DNA from: Octopus sinensis
Lineage: Eukaryota
Direction: 5' to 3'
NCBI RefSeq assembly: GCF_006345805.1
Contig: NC_042997.1
Span: 64,294,001 to 64,358,000 of the forward strand
DNA: 64,000 bases
Part shown: positions 48,600 through 61,440 of the stretch, piece by piece
Layout of the letters: each line of letters opens with the position of its first letter
Numbering within the stretch: position 1 is the stretch's first letter
Position numbers and translations under genes: made by a program
Notes under the pieces: generated by a model
Told to the model about the DNA's origin: nothing
What the model saw: only the letters and a program-made list of their open reading frames with translations
Databases searched by the model: none

Positions 48600-49790
48600 A
48601 ACATTAAAAAGAACACGTTTTAAGCCTTCTTTGATTCAAAGCAGAAATCTTATGGAAGCAAATTTGGCCTTAAATCTAAAAATTCACCACCTTTTTCGGT
48701 ATTGGAAGCCTTTGAAAAAGACCTTTCGGGCTTATTAGAAAAGTTAAATTCAACAACCAACTCCAGAGAGATATGAAGGAAAATCTTAGAGACGTAAAGA
48801 ACTCGGATAATATTTTCGTAAACTCTGAGTAGGCAAAAACTTATACGCGGTTGACAAAGGTGCTTATAAATGTCTACTTTCGAACAGCGTCACGGACACC
48901 TACAAAATAGATAACACAAATTCATATAAACAGGTAAATTTGGATGCAAGAAGAACTGCTAACAACCTTAAAGTTAGAGATAGAATAGAATACCCCCTCC
49001 CTACGTCAACCCTTGATTCCCATAAAACCCCACAAAGTTAATTTCGATAGAAACCCTAAATGTAGACTAATTAACCTAGCTAAAACTAAAATAGGAATTA
49101 TTTGCAAATATATTTTAGATCGTATTTTAAGCCAGTTAAATAGTGAATTAAATTTACAGATTTGGAAAAATAGCACTTCAGTGATAAATTGCTTCAAAGA
49201 GTTTAGTCATAAGCATAACTGCAAATTTACGCTGTTGTCGATTTTTACCAGTCGATATATATGCCTTTGCTTCTAAAAAGCATTAGACGTAGCCTAGTAG
49301 TATGTCCTTCTCGATAGCTCGGACATAGATATTATCCTGCATGCAAGGAAATCACTTCGTTTTTACAATGATTCCACCTGGGACAAAAATGTACTGATGG
49401 GAGCATATGATGGGAAAGAGTTGTGTATACTTATAGGAACTTATATTTTGTATAATCTGCATCAGGAATTCCCTTTTATAGATGCAGGATTATACGGGAT
49501 GACGGTCTTATGGTCATCCATAATTTAAATGGCCATATGTTATATAATCTTAGGAAGAATCTGATTACTTTCTTCCAAAGAATGGGCTTACTGATTAGCG
49601 TATATTTTTTTATATCAACTTAGATTCTCAATTAGATAAATTTAAGCCCTATTCTAATCACAGTAGAAAGCTATGACCTATTAGCAAAGAATCTAATCAT
49701 CCACCTGTAATTTTTAAGAACCTAGTTAGTTATATAGGAAGGCGAATATCATTAATTTCAATTTCAGCATCACACGAATTTTGTTTTTAC
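48600..49790 (+). pseudogene. Penelope-like reverse transcriptase, frameshifted
   Basis: AFEKDL; PHKVNFDRNPKCRLINLAKTKIGIICKYILDRI; IWKNSTSVI; IILHARKSL; MGAYDGKELC; GLY(R)DDGL; SKESNHPPVIFKNL. Confidence 0.9.
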
Positions 49791-49839
49791 TAACAACCAC
49801 AGTACCAAACTAGAAAAAGCATCATCGGGGTGGCTATAT

Positions 49840-50003
49840 GCGCAGGAGTGGCTGTGTGGCAAGTGGCTTGCTTACCAACCACATGGTTCCGGGTTCAGTC
49901 CCACTGCGTGGCATCTTGGGCAAGTGTCTTATGCTATAGCCCCGGGCCGACCAATGCCTTGTGAGTGGATTTGGTAGACGGAAACTGAAAGAAGCCTGTC
50001 GTA

Positions 50004-50056
<53 letters not shown>

Positions 50057-50260
50057 ATATGTTGGCCCCCCCCCTAACATCGCTTGACAACCGATGCTGG
50101 TGTCTTTGTGTCCCCGTAAATGAGCGGTTCAGCAAAAGAGACCGATAGAATAAGTACTGGGCTTACAAAGAATAAGTCCCGGGGTCGATTTGCTCGACTA
50201 TAGGCGGTGCTCCAGCATGGCCGCAGTCAAATGACTGAAACAAGTAAAGGAGAATAAAGG
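49840..50260 (+). mobile_element. SINE family B, full length, nested in the PLE
   Basis: tRNA-like head GCGCAGGAGTGGCTGTGTGG...GGTTCCGGGTTCAGTCCC, an internal (TA)n tract, and the 3' body ending ATGACTGAAACAAGTAAA. Confidence 0.9.
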
Positions 50261-50264
50261 AGAC

Positions 50265-50400
50265 ATGGAGCTTATAAAAGACCCATAAAATGTAATTTGC
50301 CTCTCAGAAAAGTTTTCATCCTGTTCCAAGATAGGCATGATTTGAACCGGAAACGCAAGATTTTAAATTCCTGCAGGCACGCCGCGAGGTTTAAAATTTC
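50265..50400 (+). pseudogene. PLE GIY-YIG C-terminal segment
   Basis: AYKRPIKCNLPLRKVFILFQDRHDLNRKRKILNSCRHAARFK resembles CNLCLxEKxxI...LNxRxE...CRHxxKF. Confidence 0.7.
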
Positions 50401-50855
50401 AACCGATAAAATACTGTATGTTTTAACTTTCGGAAAATTTTGACTGAGGCATTTGAATTAGACTTTACAGCGTATAATTATTTTGTATTACAATGCTAGT
50501 GCATATTTCGATTTCACTTTTAAGAAGGCCTTCGAATATTTTACTAATTAGAGCTTAAGATCCGCCGAGGTTTATTTTCATTGTTCACTCGCGAATTTAA
50601 TTATGCTGTTAATTTATTGTGCAATTTCCTTATTTTAACATTTTGATATTATATATACCAGACAGATATTTTAAATGTTTGCGTATATACGTTATGATAT
50701 ATATATTTATATTGATGTGAAGGTATGTGTCTATATATTTATGTATGTATATCTATGTACGTGTGGTTACATATATATACACATATATATATATATTTAT
50801 ATATCTATATATATATATGTATATACGTATACATGTATATACGTATATATATATA

Positions 50856-50918
<63 letters not shown>

Positions 50919-51766
50919 ATATTATATGTGTGTATGTATATGTGTATATATATATTTCTATATGTGAGTACGTATTTGTGTACATATTTATTTGTATATT
51001 TGTAAACGTGTCTATATATGTGTGTATTCGTATGTATGTTTGTATTTATGTAGATATTCACGTAATTTGATGTGCTAGTTTTTATATGTCTACATTTCGC
51101 AAGCTGCACGATGCATCCATATTTCGTTAGATACTTATTGGAACACCATAATGTCACTCACTCTACTTGTATCTATTTTCCCTTTCTCGCTCTCAGTTTC
51201 TGTTCCTTTTTCTTTTATTTCTTTTTCTTCTTTTCCCCTTTTTTCTTTCTCCCTCCACTTGTTATTCTCTGATTTTTTTTCCTTTTCTTTCTTTCGCCTG
51301 TAAACATCTAAGTTGTATAAGCTTACACTAGGTGATTCTGTGCGCGTACGTGTGTGTGCATGCATACATATATATGCATTTGCATATAGTTATGTTTTGC
51401 CTAAATATGTCTGTATACTATGTAACCATATACCTAAGTCTGCATGTTTGGTTTATTTACTGTTTGGTATTTTTATAAATTGCTAAATGTATTTGTAATT
51501 TAGTATGAAAATATTTTAAAAGGATAAATATTTTAATTTATTAATTTAATATTATTTCTAAAGCTAATTATTTACCGTTGGTATTCAGCACATTTTTCTT
51601 TTTTCTAAGTTAGTTTTGAAGATTTTAAATCGCAATTTTCCTTTCATGCAACCGTTTATTGAAAAGACCGTTAGTTGAAAGGACCAATGAAACAAAATCA
51701 TTTTCAAATGTGTATCTATCAAAGTAATTGTATTTCTTCATATAACTTGCTGTAGTCTAAACAAGA

Positions 51767-51804
51767 CTGTCCGACGAACGGGAACGTGGAACTCTCAGTA
51801 AAAG
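51767..51804 (+). ncRNA. Hammerhead motif (U4C family), decayed
   Basis: CTGT CCGACGA ACG-GGAA-CGT GGAA CTC-T-CAG TA AAAG. Confidence 0.5.
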
Positions 51805-51916
51805 TTGTTGTGATATTTGTGCTGGATTTTGATAAAGTATGTATATATATATTTTAATAAAATATAATAAAAAAAAAAATATATATATATATATACCTAC
51901 ATAATTATATATACAT

Positions 51917-51955
<39 letters not shown>

Positions 51956-52140
51956 ATATACTTACACACACGCACACATATATATATATGTATATATATG
52001 TGACCGCGTGTGTACCGTTGACGATTTGTTTTCCTCTGTCTTCCCTTCTCTGGATCTTTACTTCTTTCCTGAGCGCCCAATAATACTATATTTGTTCCAC
52101 GTCCTCGCGTTGTGTTTTGTTTGTGCTTTATTGTTTGGAT

Positions 52141-52212
<72 letters not shown>

Positions 52213-52216
52213 TACA

Positions 52217-52247
<31 letters not shown>

Positions 52248-53188
52248 ATATTTAATCCTTTGTTTCTCTGTCTGTGCCCAATGCATTCTCAAACGACTCA
52301 ACCAAATCTAATCAAATTTACCCCGTGAGTATCAGCATTTCATTTTGGGGAATTAAAACAATGTAACTTTGGCATTGGATACCGTATTACTTGTCAAAAC
52401 TCAAAGAATAAAAGCGAAACGATAACCTCTATATTTGAGAGTGTTTTAGATCGCTTGAAGCGTTGTGTATTGTTTGTAAAATATAACGTGTCTTTAATGG
52501 CTCAACAATGCCAAGTGGACTATAATAGATGTTATAATTTAATTATCCATAGTCTGATATGTTAATAATATTTCGGAACACAAACATTCCTTCTTCTGAT
52601 ATAGCTAGGAATTGATAGAGTCACTGGTATATTTGTTTCTCTTTTATACTTTTACTTCTAATCTCGACCACGATTACATTACATTTTGTATATGGCAGTG
52701 TATCTGTCTGTGAATGTATGTGTGAGTATATGTCTCACAGTGTGTGTATGTCGTTCCGCGTCTGAAATGTTATAAAACACACGATATGTTTCACTTTTAT
52801 ATTTTTACCATTAATTCGAACCACGACAGCATCGTGTGTGAGTTTATATGTTTCAGAATATGTCATTCCAGTTTAGGTACGTTATTAAACATACTGTATT
52901 TATGAGAGTCCTTGTTAACCACGTCGACGACAACGATGGCGTAACGTTTTGAATATGACTGTGTACCTGTCTGTGTATCTGACTGTGAATGTATGTCTGA
53001 TCGTATGAATGTACATATGTCTCACAATGTGTCTTTCCACGTTAGGTATGTTATTAAATACAGTATAAGAATGTGACTGCTGGTCAGTTTCTATACGAAA
53101 TTTCATTTTTATTTCGAGTCAAGCAATATAAAATTTCATAGGGATTATTTTTCTATCTAATGCTCGAATATACATATGTATATATATA

Positions 53189-53233
<45 letters not shown>

Positions 53234-53599
53234 CATACGTATATCTTTGTGTATATATATATATGTGTATATTTTTGTAAGTACGTATATATGTACATAC
53301 GTAATATATGATATAATCATAAAGAGGGCAAATGTTAGCCACTTCTCCGCAGACTACAAAAATTATGGTCAATCTTAATCGATTTTCCAACCTTATCAGG
53401 TTCTTCTGAGGGGCATCTATGACAGTCTCCAGCGAAGGAAGCAGCCAAACTATTTACATACTCAACAAATGCACCTGTTACTCTATGAAGGAATCCTAAA
53501 TTTGCTTATGGATCGTGTTTAACACACTATATCTGTCAACGGGGATCTTAGTCCACACAGTATCAAGGATAATATATATGTAACTGTAACGTATATATG

Positions 53600-53667
<68 letters not shown>

Positions 53668-53767
53668 CATATATATATATATATAATATATATATATACA
53701 CACACATATGTATGCATAGATATATACATATTTATTCATATGTATATATTTATATATTTGCATATTT

Positions 53768-53837
<70 letters not shown>

Positions 53838-55356
53838 TATATATATATATATAATATATATATATATATATAAGAAAGAAAGAGAGGTTGAGAGAAATCT
53901 GAAAGTAATATATTTAATGAAATATTCGTCGGATCTAGTGTCCCATAGGATTGATTTGTTGCGTGTTCACACTTAAATACTGAGTGTTTCAAAACTCAAT
54001 TACAATACGGAGTTAATGAATGACCTACCCAATAAATTTTTAATATATTGAAATTATTTTCTACTGTAACCATACAGATCAGAAGCGGAAAAGCAGAAAA
54101 GCTAAAGTGAATTATTTCGGTCTAGATAGGAAAAGCTAAAGGAATTACCGTGCAGCGGTTTATAGCATGGATTTAGACAATATCGTCATTGATTTGCAGT
54201 AATTTCACAAGTGTATCTTTCATTTTATATTTCTAAACTCATTAGTTTGTGTTTCCTCTCCCGGCTTTTTTTTTCTTGGTACGGACATTTTGAAATGCCG
54301 CTGACAAAACAAACTGTTCATCTATACCTGGAGTGTAATTGACTGTGAGAAGCAATATACTTACTTCATATTAGTTATTGAGCCAATTCAGAATTCTAAA
54401 TTTGTAAATTTTTATTTACATATTATATTTCCACTTAATGCATCAGGACATGCAAAAGATATCTGATAATCTGTTCATGTACGTACCCCTATTGTTCACG
54501 TCAGTAGGTACATTACTGTTTCGATTAATATATACGTTGTTTTTATTTTGGCACACATGTGAACGTATATATTTGATCTGTCTGGCTTTCTTTTGTAAGA
54601 GTTCGACGAAATGGTGTATTACTATATATATATATAAATATTTTTTATTCACTCAGTTCTAGGTCTGAAAGACTTGCATGAATGTAAATTTCAGAGTGAG
54701 TATAACCACAGAATAATATATATGACATATTCTTACGAATATGCTGGCAAATAGATGATTATATGCATATTTACTAAAAATAAATTTCTTATTATATAAC
54801 AATACATGCTTTTGTGTGTTGATATGTCTATGTGTACGGGTGTGATAATATGTAGTACTTTTCATATTCATGAACATAACTACCCCAAAACACATAAGAT
54901 ATGGGGTTGGTGTTTCTAATACTGGTTTTGCACAGACAAATCAGTGGAATTTGGATCATACACTCTTTCGTGATATACGTATACGATGCAGATGTTTTCT
55001 CCATTAAATCTGCAAGTTTATAAACCCTTTGAAATATGAAGCGATGCTTTGACCAAGTATATATTGTATTTGCTATTTCGTTGTTATAAGTAGTTGCATG
55101 GATTCCTGACCTGTAAATATGGATTTTGCTGATGATTGCATGCAGAACATCAAAGGATTTATCGATTTCTGTTTCATATAAGTTGCTGATCGCTAAATTT
55201 ACAGCATTGTTGAATGCAATCGTCACTATAATAATGCAATTTGTGGTATCGATAATATTCAGCAAACAATATAACTTTTAGCTTAAATCGGTTTCCTAAT
55301 CCACTGGATATTCAAATCTTAGGAATTTGGACGATTCTGAAAATAATAGAGACATT

Positions 55357-55567
55357 CAATCAGGTTTGAGTAACCTAGTACTGTAAAGTTGCCAAACTCG
55401 TTTAAATCTTATTCTTACTGAATATGACAGCTTTTTCATAATATTGTAGTATTTTGGTGTAAGAAATAAAAATACTATAATATCATGAAAAAGCCATCAT
55501 ACTTAGCAAGAATAAGATTTGAACGTGTTTGGCAACTTTACAGTACGCGGTTACTCAAACCTGATTG
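55357..55567. repeat. Fold-back palindrome (~100-bp arms, 12-nt loop)
   Basis: 55357-55455 is the reverse complement of 55468-55567 with scattered mismatches. Confidence 0.9.
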
Positions 55568-57036
55568 GATTTTGCTATATATTCAATGGCACTATTACAC
55601 AAGTGATGTGGATTTCACTTTTATCAAACAAAGTACCAGTGAGATGATAGCCCAACGCGTAAAGACTGGTGACTGCAGATAACTTTGTTCGCTATTATAT
55701 GTCTTATCTTTTATATTTTATTTGTTTTTATACTCGGACTGAGACCGTGATGAGGTTCTATCATGAAGAATTTTAGTCGAACGAATCGACGCAGGTAGAA
55801 ATTTTTAACTTGACAATTTTTAAGACGGCTGTTATAAGAACGTAAGGACACCAGCAGCGGTTGCCAAAAACATATATATCTAAGCGTGTGAGAGTACGTG
55901 GATCTGTGTGTGTGTGTGAGTCCTTGTGTTTTTCGCAACCGGTTTTGGTGTGTTTACGATCCTGTAACATAATAGTCTTAAGAATAGCCACGCTTAAAAA
56001 AATTATACCTTGATTGATTCGTTTGACCGAAACTTTATATATATGTTCAGTAAAATTTTGATTCAAATGAATGTGGTACTTAAGTTCAAGGCACCAAAAT
56101 TTAGTATGGTATTATCCATATAATTTAAAATACGGTGATTATGATCAAAATAGCAACAAGGATATCTAGAGGTAATGCAGTACGACCGTTTCATGCGACT
56201 CCATTTAATTGAATAATGCAAACATTACATCAATTTAAAATGTCGAACAATCTTCAGCTGCATAAAAATATAGAATTTAGTTAAATTCGAAGGACTCATA
56301 AGTATAATTTTTTAAGCCAAAATCATCAAGAGGATAAGGAGATAGACAAAGAACATGTTTTACCAACAACATCACAAATGTAACTGAGATCTTTTGAAAA
56401 AAGACACTGCCTATCACTGATTATTTCTGTTATTTAAATTTACTAATGAGGTGGGGATTCAATTTTTACTTATAGGCTAGTTTATCAAATCTAAGATAAG
56501 ACCGAGTGTAGTATCATTTATGGGTAGGGGAAAATAGATAGACAATTTAAGTGGCAAAGTCATAAATCAAGATTACTTTGAAGCAAAGCCAATTGGTTCA
56601 GTAACAATATACTTCAGATAAGATTTTAGCTGCTAATTTTGGAGACAAATGCTTATGGGACAGAGAGAATGATTTCATATAGTAGTAGTAAATTTACCTG
56701 CTATAAAACAATGTTATTTGTATATACACGGATACATTTTAGAGTTAATCTAAAGAATACTAAGAAGGATATTCTTGAATGCTTTCAGTATATATAAACA
56801 ATTTTACACAATAGAGAGACAGAAAATATAGAAATAATTCCGTATTTATATATTTAAATACTAACTTAACATACATTTATAATTATTTATTAAATAGAAA
56901 TTATTGGTATCAATCAATAAAGCAAAAATCAAAGGAATATGTTAAAATGTATATATTAAATATTAACAATTCTTTTCTAAGCATATTTCTTTTATAGCGA
57001 ATATACCAGTATAGTTTTACATAAGCTGAGTGTGAA

Positions 57037-57314
57037 ATATATGACATAGAGTAATACTGTAAATAAATAAATAAGAGACTAGTCTTAAAATAAAATAAAG
57101 AAATAAGAAAATAAAAAATAATCATTTGTAGAACATTATAGCCAAGGATTAATATAATGTTCTCTTATAGACAAGGGGTGATATAATGGTAATATAATGT
57201 TGTCTATAATGCTCTACAAATGATTATATATATTTTATATTTTCTTATATCTTTATTTTATTTTAAAACTAGTCTCTTATTTATTTATTTACAGTATTAC
57301 TCTATGTCATATAT
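57037..57314. repeat. AT-rich fold-back palindrome (~110-bp arms, ~55-nt spacer)
   Basis: ATATATGACATAGAGTAATACTGTAAATAAATAAATAAGAGACTAGT... is mirrored at 57200-57314. Confidence 0.9.
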
Positions 57315-57319
57315 GCAGT

Positions 57320-57875
57320 GCAGAATAGACAACAATAACAATAGTGACAAATGCAGAGAACGAAACGCAAGGGAGATAGGCTATCAATCTGGAAAAATCC
57401 CTCTGCTGATACCCACGGTGTCGGAACTTTTCCAGAAGAAGTTCAGTTTTACATCCCACCATACTTCTCTTCAGCAATCCCGTTACATCCCTCGCAATTC
57501 CAAACAGATCTAAGCACTCGATATTCCACGAATGTGGAATAATATCATAAGCTTTACGATAGTCAATCTAGGCCATTCCCAATCTTGCATTGCCATTTTG
57601 TCTATCAATATTTGATCTTTAGTACCTCTGCCTCTCCTTCTACAGCCTTTTTGTTCCGGCGGTAATATATCGTTCTCATCAAGAAATTTATATAGTTCAT
57701 CTGCAATTCCTCTTGACAGTAACTTCTACATTAATGGGAGGCAGGAAATTAGTCTGTAATTGTCAGGAGTCAGGAGCATTTCTCTTTGATGCATCCTTCA
57801 AGCACAACATCGTTCGTCCTTTTGTCAACCAGCCCGGGATTTCTTCTCCATTGATCCGTGCATGAAATTGCTCTG
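57320..57875 (-). mobile_element. R4/Dong RT fragment
   Basis: EIPGWLTKGRTMLCLKD...[38 protein letters not shown]. (TAA)n lies upstream on the element strand. Confidence 0.85.
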
Positions 57876-57877
57876 TG

Positions 57878-57954
<77 letters not shown>

Positions 57955-57963
57955 TATTATTAC

Positions 57964-58038
<75 letters not shown>

Positions 58039-58186
58039 GTTTTTTCCTTCTTTCTTCACATTTTCTTCCGTTTCTCGCCGAGTGTTTTCCATACACCTAG
58101 GGCAGAGAAGGGCATTGTATGCATTCCCAGATTACACGCGCAAATTCACAGATTATTATCATCATCATCATCATCATCATTATTAA

Positions 58187-58258
<72 letters not shown>

Positions 58259-58528
58259 ATTATTATTATTATTATTTATTATTATTATATTACCATTATT
58301 ATATTATTATTATTATTTTATTATTATTATGTTTTTTCCTTCTTTCTTCACATTTTCTTCCGTTCTCGCCGAGTGTTTTCCATACACCTAGGGCAGAGAA
58401 GGCATTGTATGCATTCCCAGATTACACGCGCAAATTCACAGATAAAATACGTATTTAAAAATTAATAAATAAATAAATTCATGGATGGATTATTATATTA
58501 GTAGTAGTAGTGTAGTAGTAGTAGTAGT

Positions 58529-58581
<53 letters not shown>

Positions 58582-58584
58582 GTA

Positions 58585-59680
58585 TTGACTTTGCACAGCT
58601 TCTAACGCTATTCACTACCAGTTAATTAAGGTAACCCATCTTTTCGAGCAACCTCCGGTGTAATCGAGTGATTTCGAGCAGTGCTGTTTTCTGCAAGCGC
58701 TCGACTCTTATTGCAGCCCCTATTCCTTCCATGTAATTCTCAAGATTTTTACTCTCTTTTCCGAGGGGTCCGACAATTATTGGGACTACTACCACCTTCT
58801 TCATCGACCACAACTGCTTAATCTCTGAAGCTAATCATTCGTAATTATCGACTTTTCTTTCTTCGTTATCGCATACCTTATTGTCAGCTGGGCATGCTAT
58901 ATGTATGACCCAGCATAGTTTTGTTTTCTTTCTCAATTAAGACTATCGCATGGTCGCACTGAATCATAAAATCTCACAGGCTCTTTGCATTATCATTTTC
59001 GATGATGCCTTCGAGTTGTGGTCGTACATATTTTTTGCTTTGTCAAGTCCATACTTGTTGCAAAATGTCCAATGGGCAAGACTTGCTATATTGTTGTTGC
59101 GTCTCTTATATTCGTTCTGGGCTAGTGACTGGTAATATGCCATACGGTTTCAGCATTTCGTCCACAGATTCTGCACCCATCACTTTCTGATGTGTTGTAT
59201 ATTCTGTATTTTATGCAGTTTGTTCTTATCCCTTTTAGTCACCCACAGCTATCTTTTTTCTCTGTCTGTCTTGTCTTCAACATGCCTATGAAATTGTCCA
59301 TGAATTCTTTTCTTTACCCATCTATTTTCAGTTGCAATCGTTTACAATTGCTTGTACAGTGCTTTGTCTTTGCAACCTTTCATCCTACACAAGCCTGACC
59401 TTCCCACTTCTAATAATAGCGGTTCTGTGGCATTTTTTACATACAATGCTATGTTGTTGTTTTCTGCTTTAATGCTGTGTTCGCATCCAATATTCCTCTT
59501 CCCCTCTTTTTCTTGGTACATACAGTCTGTCACTTTTTGGATGGTGTATCCCATATCTAGTTGTACAGTCAATGCGATTACCCCTGCTCCATATCTAAGG
59601 AGTGAAACCGCCCAGGTGTTGATGGCTTGAATCGTATACCGTTCCTTTAATTTCGGCTTAAGGAAAAAATTAAACGGGCG
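58585..59680 (-). mobile_element. R4/Dong LINE 3' portion (RT C-terminus plus REL endonuclease), internally deleted
   Basis: QAINTWAVSLLRYGAG; IGCEHSIKAENNNIALYVK; WSMKKVVVVPIIVGPLG...LQKTALLEITRLHRRLL. The tail is (TAC)n on the element strand. Confidence 0.85.
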
Positions 59681-59702
59681 GATTAAGAATATTATATGTA
59701 TA

Positions 59703-59797
<95 letters not shown>

Positions 59798-59859
59798 ATA
59801 TATATATGCATATTCATATGTATATATATATACATATATATACATACATATATATATAC

Positions 59860-59906
<47 letters not shown>

Positions 59907-60149
59907 TATATATACATACAAACATATATATATATATATATATACAGTCATATATAAGGTTGTGTCTATAAATCCCCTCATTTTTCTTATACAAATTTGG
60001 TAAAGTAAAAAATATTATTATGTCTGGCCTCTTTAGTTTTGCTTCAAATATGTTGGTCTTTTATTTACAGAGTCGAAGAAGCTGCAATAAAAATACTGGC
60101 TTAACTAAATTCCGATCATCACTATGAATTTCGTTGGATATTATCACAA

Positions 60150-60810
60150 TTATCGAGGAAAATAATATCGGTAATGTACGCTATAAATTTCATTGAAAAT
60201 TTGGCATTAAAGTTAATATCTCAAAAGTACAGTGTTTATCTTGGTAAGAAGAAAAAATTGTAAATTTTTTTCTTGTATGGAAAACGACAAAAGATGTAAA
60301 ATTTTGATGACACGTTAATAATACAGCGCAGCATTGACAAAAGAAATGGAACTCCTTTTGTAGTAAATCAGAGCTCTCCTCTCGTAAAACTTAAATGCAA
60401 TGATTTAGATATCTATTGAATCGATGGTCAAGTGGGTAACTTCGCAGCCAAGGATCTTGTCCACCTGACCAACGATCTATGACTAAATCCATCATATATG
60501 AGGCAGAAGTTACGGGTAACCCGATCTAATAATACAATGATAATAAAACTTTTATTGGATTATTAATTGTCTCTTTCCAACATAAGGACAAAATTAAAGC
60601 TAGTAATTTGGCTAGCTACATATGGACTTCGAAAGATAGCGAAACGCCGTATGTGATTAAGTAGAACGTATTTGAGAAATCCATAGCGTTTGTGAATGGA
60701 TCGAATAAATGTAGAATTTTTGGGCTGAAAGAATACAGATCAGTTCAGATCTAAGATCCCTAACTCTCCATTGAACTACAGGTCAGAAATCTTCAGTATT
60801 TGCATGCATA
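60150..60810 (+). mobile_element. Penelope-like linker plus GIY-YIG relic
   Basis: KSIIYEAEVT...ASNLASYIWTSK...VNGSNKCRI...ELQVRNLQYLH resembles IIYxAxV...LAxYIWxLK...CxxC...LNxRSEI. Confidence 0.65.
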
Positions 60811-61224
60811 TGTATAAATATATTTTGAAGAATTGGAAATTTCCGCCTATTCCTGCCTGACTTGATATATTTCCAGCCTTATCTAAGGAGGATAGATCTT
60901 TTACCATTTCATCTTTTAGTTTTTTACTTTTTTGTTTTTGTTTTTCGTTTTCCGTATCCCGTTATTTGCTTTCCGTTCTTTACTGTATGCGTTTTCTATA
61001 TGCTGCCTTCTCAGTTTTTTTCGCGTTTCTTCTATTATTCAATTTCTTTAGTTCATTATGGTATGTGGCTTGCAGCTCTGTATACATGCATAGTATTTGT
61101 GCGGGTATATGCCTATGCGTATGTCTCTAAGTATTGTATTATAAGGATGCTAAAATAGTGTAAATATTTACTTTACTCACCGTAAATTTTATTTGATAAA
61201 AATCTCAATATTTGGGGAAGCGGA

Positions 61225-61440
61225 AGGCGGTGAGCTTGTAGAATCGTTACCGTGCCAGACAAAATGGTTCAGATATTATAAATGATTTGAAACGCGGGCA
61301 GGTATGGCTTTGTTTTTCATCGTTTCCTGATCAATAAAATAAGTACTAGTTGAGCACTGTGTCGGCGAATGTCGATGTGACTGACTTATCTCCCCACCTG
61401 TAATTGCTGTTGCTGCTCCTGTGCCAAAATTTGAATCCAA
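61225..61440 (+). mobile_element. SINE family A copy
   Basis: GAAGGCGGTGAGCT-GTAGAATCGTTA...ATAAAATAAGTACTAGTTGAGCACTG...GTGCCAAAATTTGAA. Confidence 0.75.

Larger units (their letters stand above)
47040..51850 (+). mobile_element. Near-complete degenerate Penelope-like element: inverted pLTRs, RT, GIY-YIG C-terminus, direct pLTR
   Basis: 47040-47900 and 47975-48560 are reverse-complement homologs of about 50700-51850. An RT and an EN C-terminus lie between them. Confidence 0.8.

Noticed and set aside
55625-55680. Possible hammerhead (CCAGT...AACGCGT...ACTGG)
   Set aside because: It lacks both the CUGANGA and GAAA core elements.
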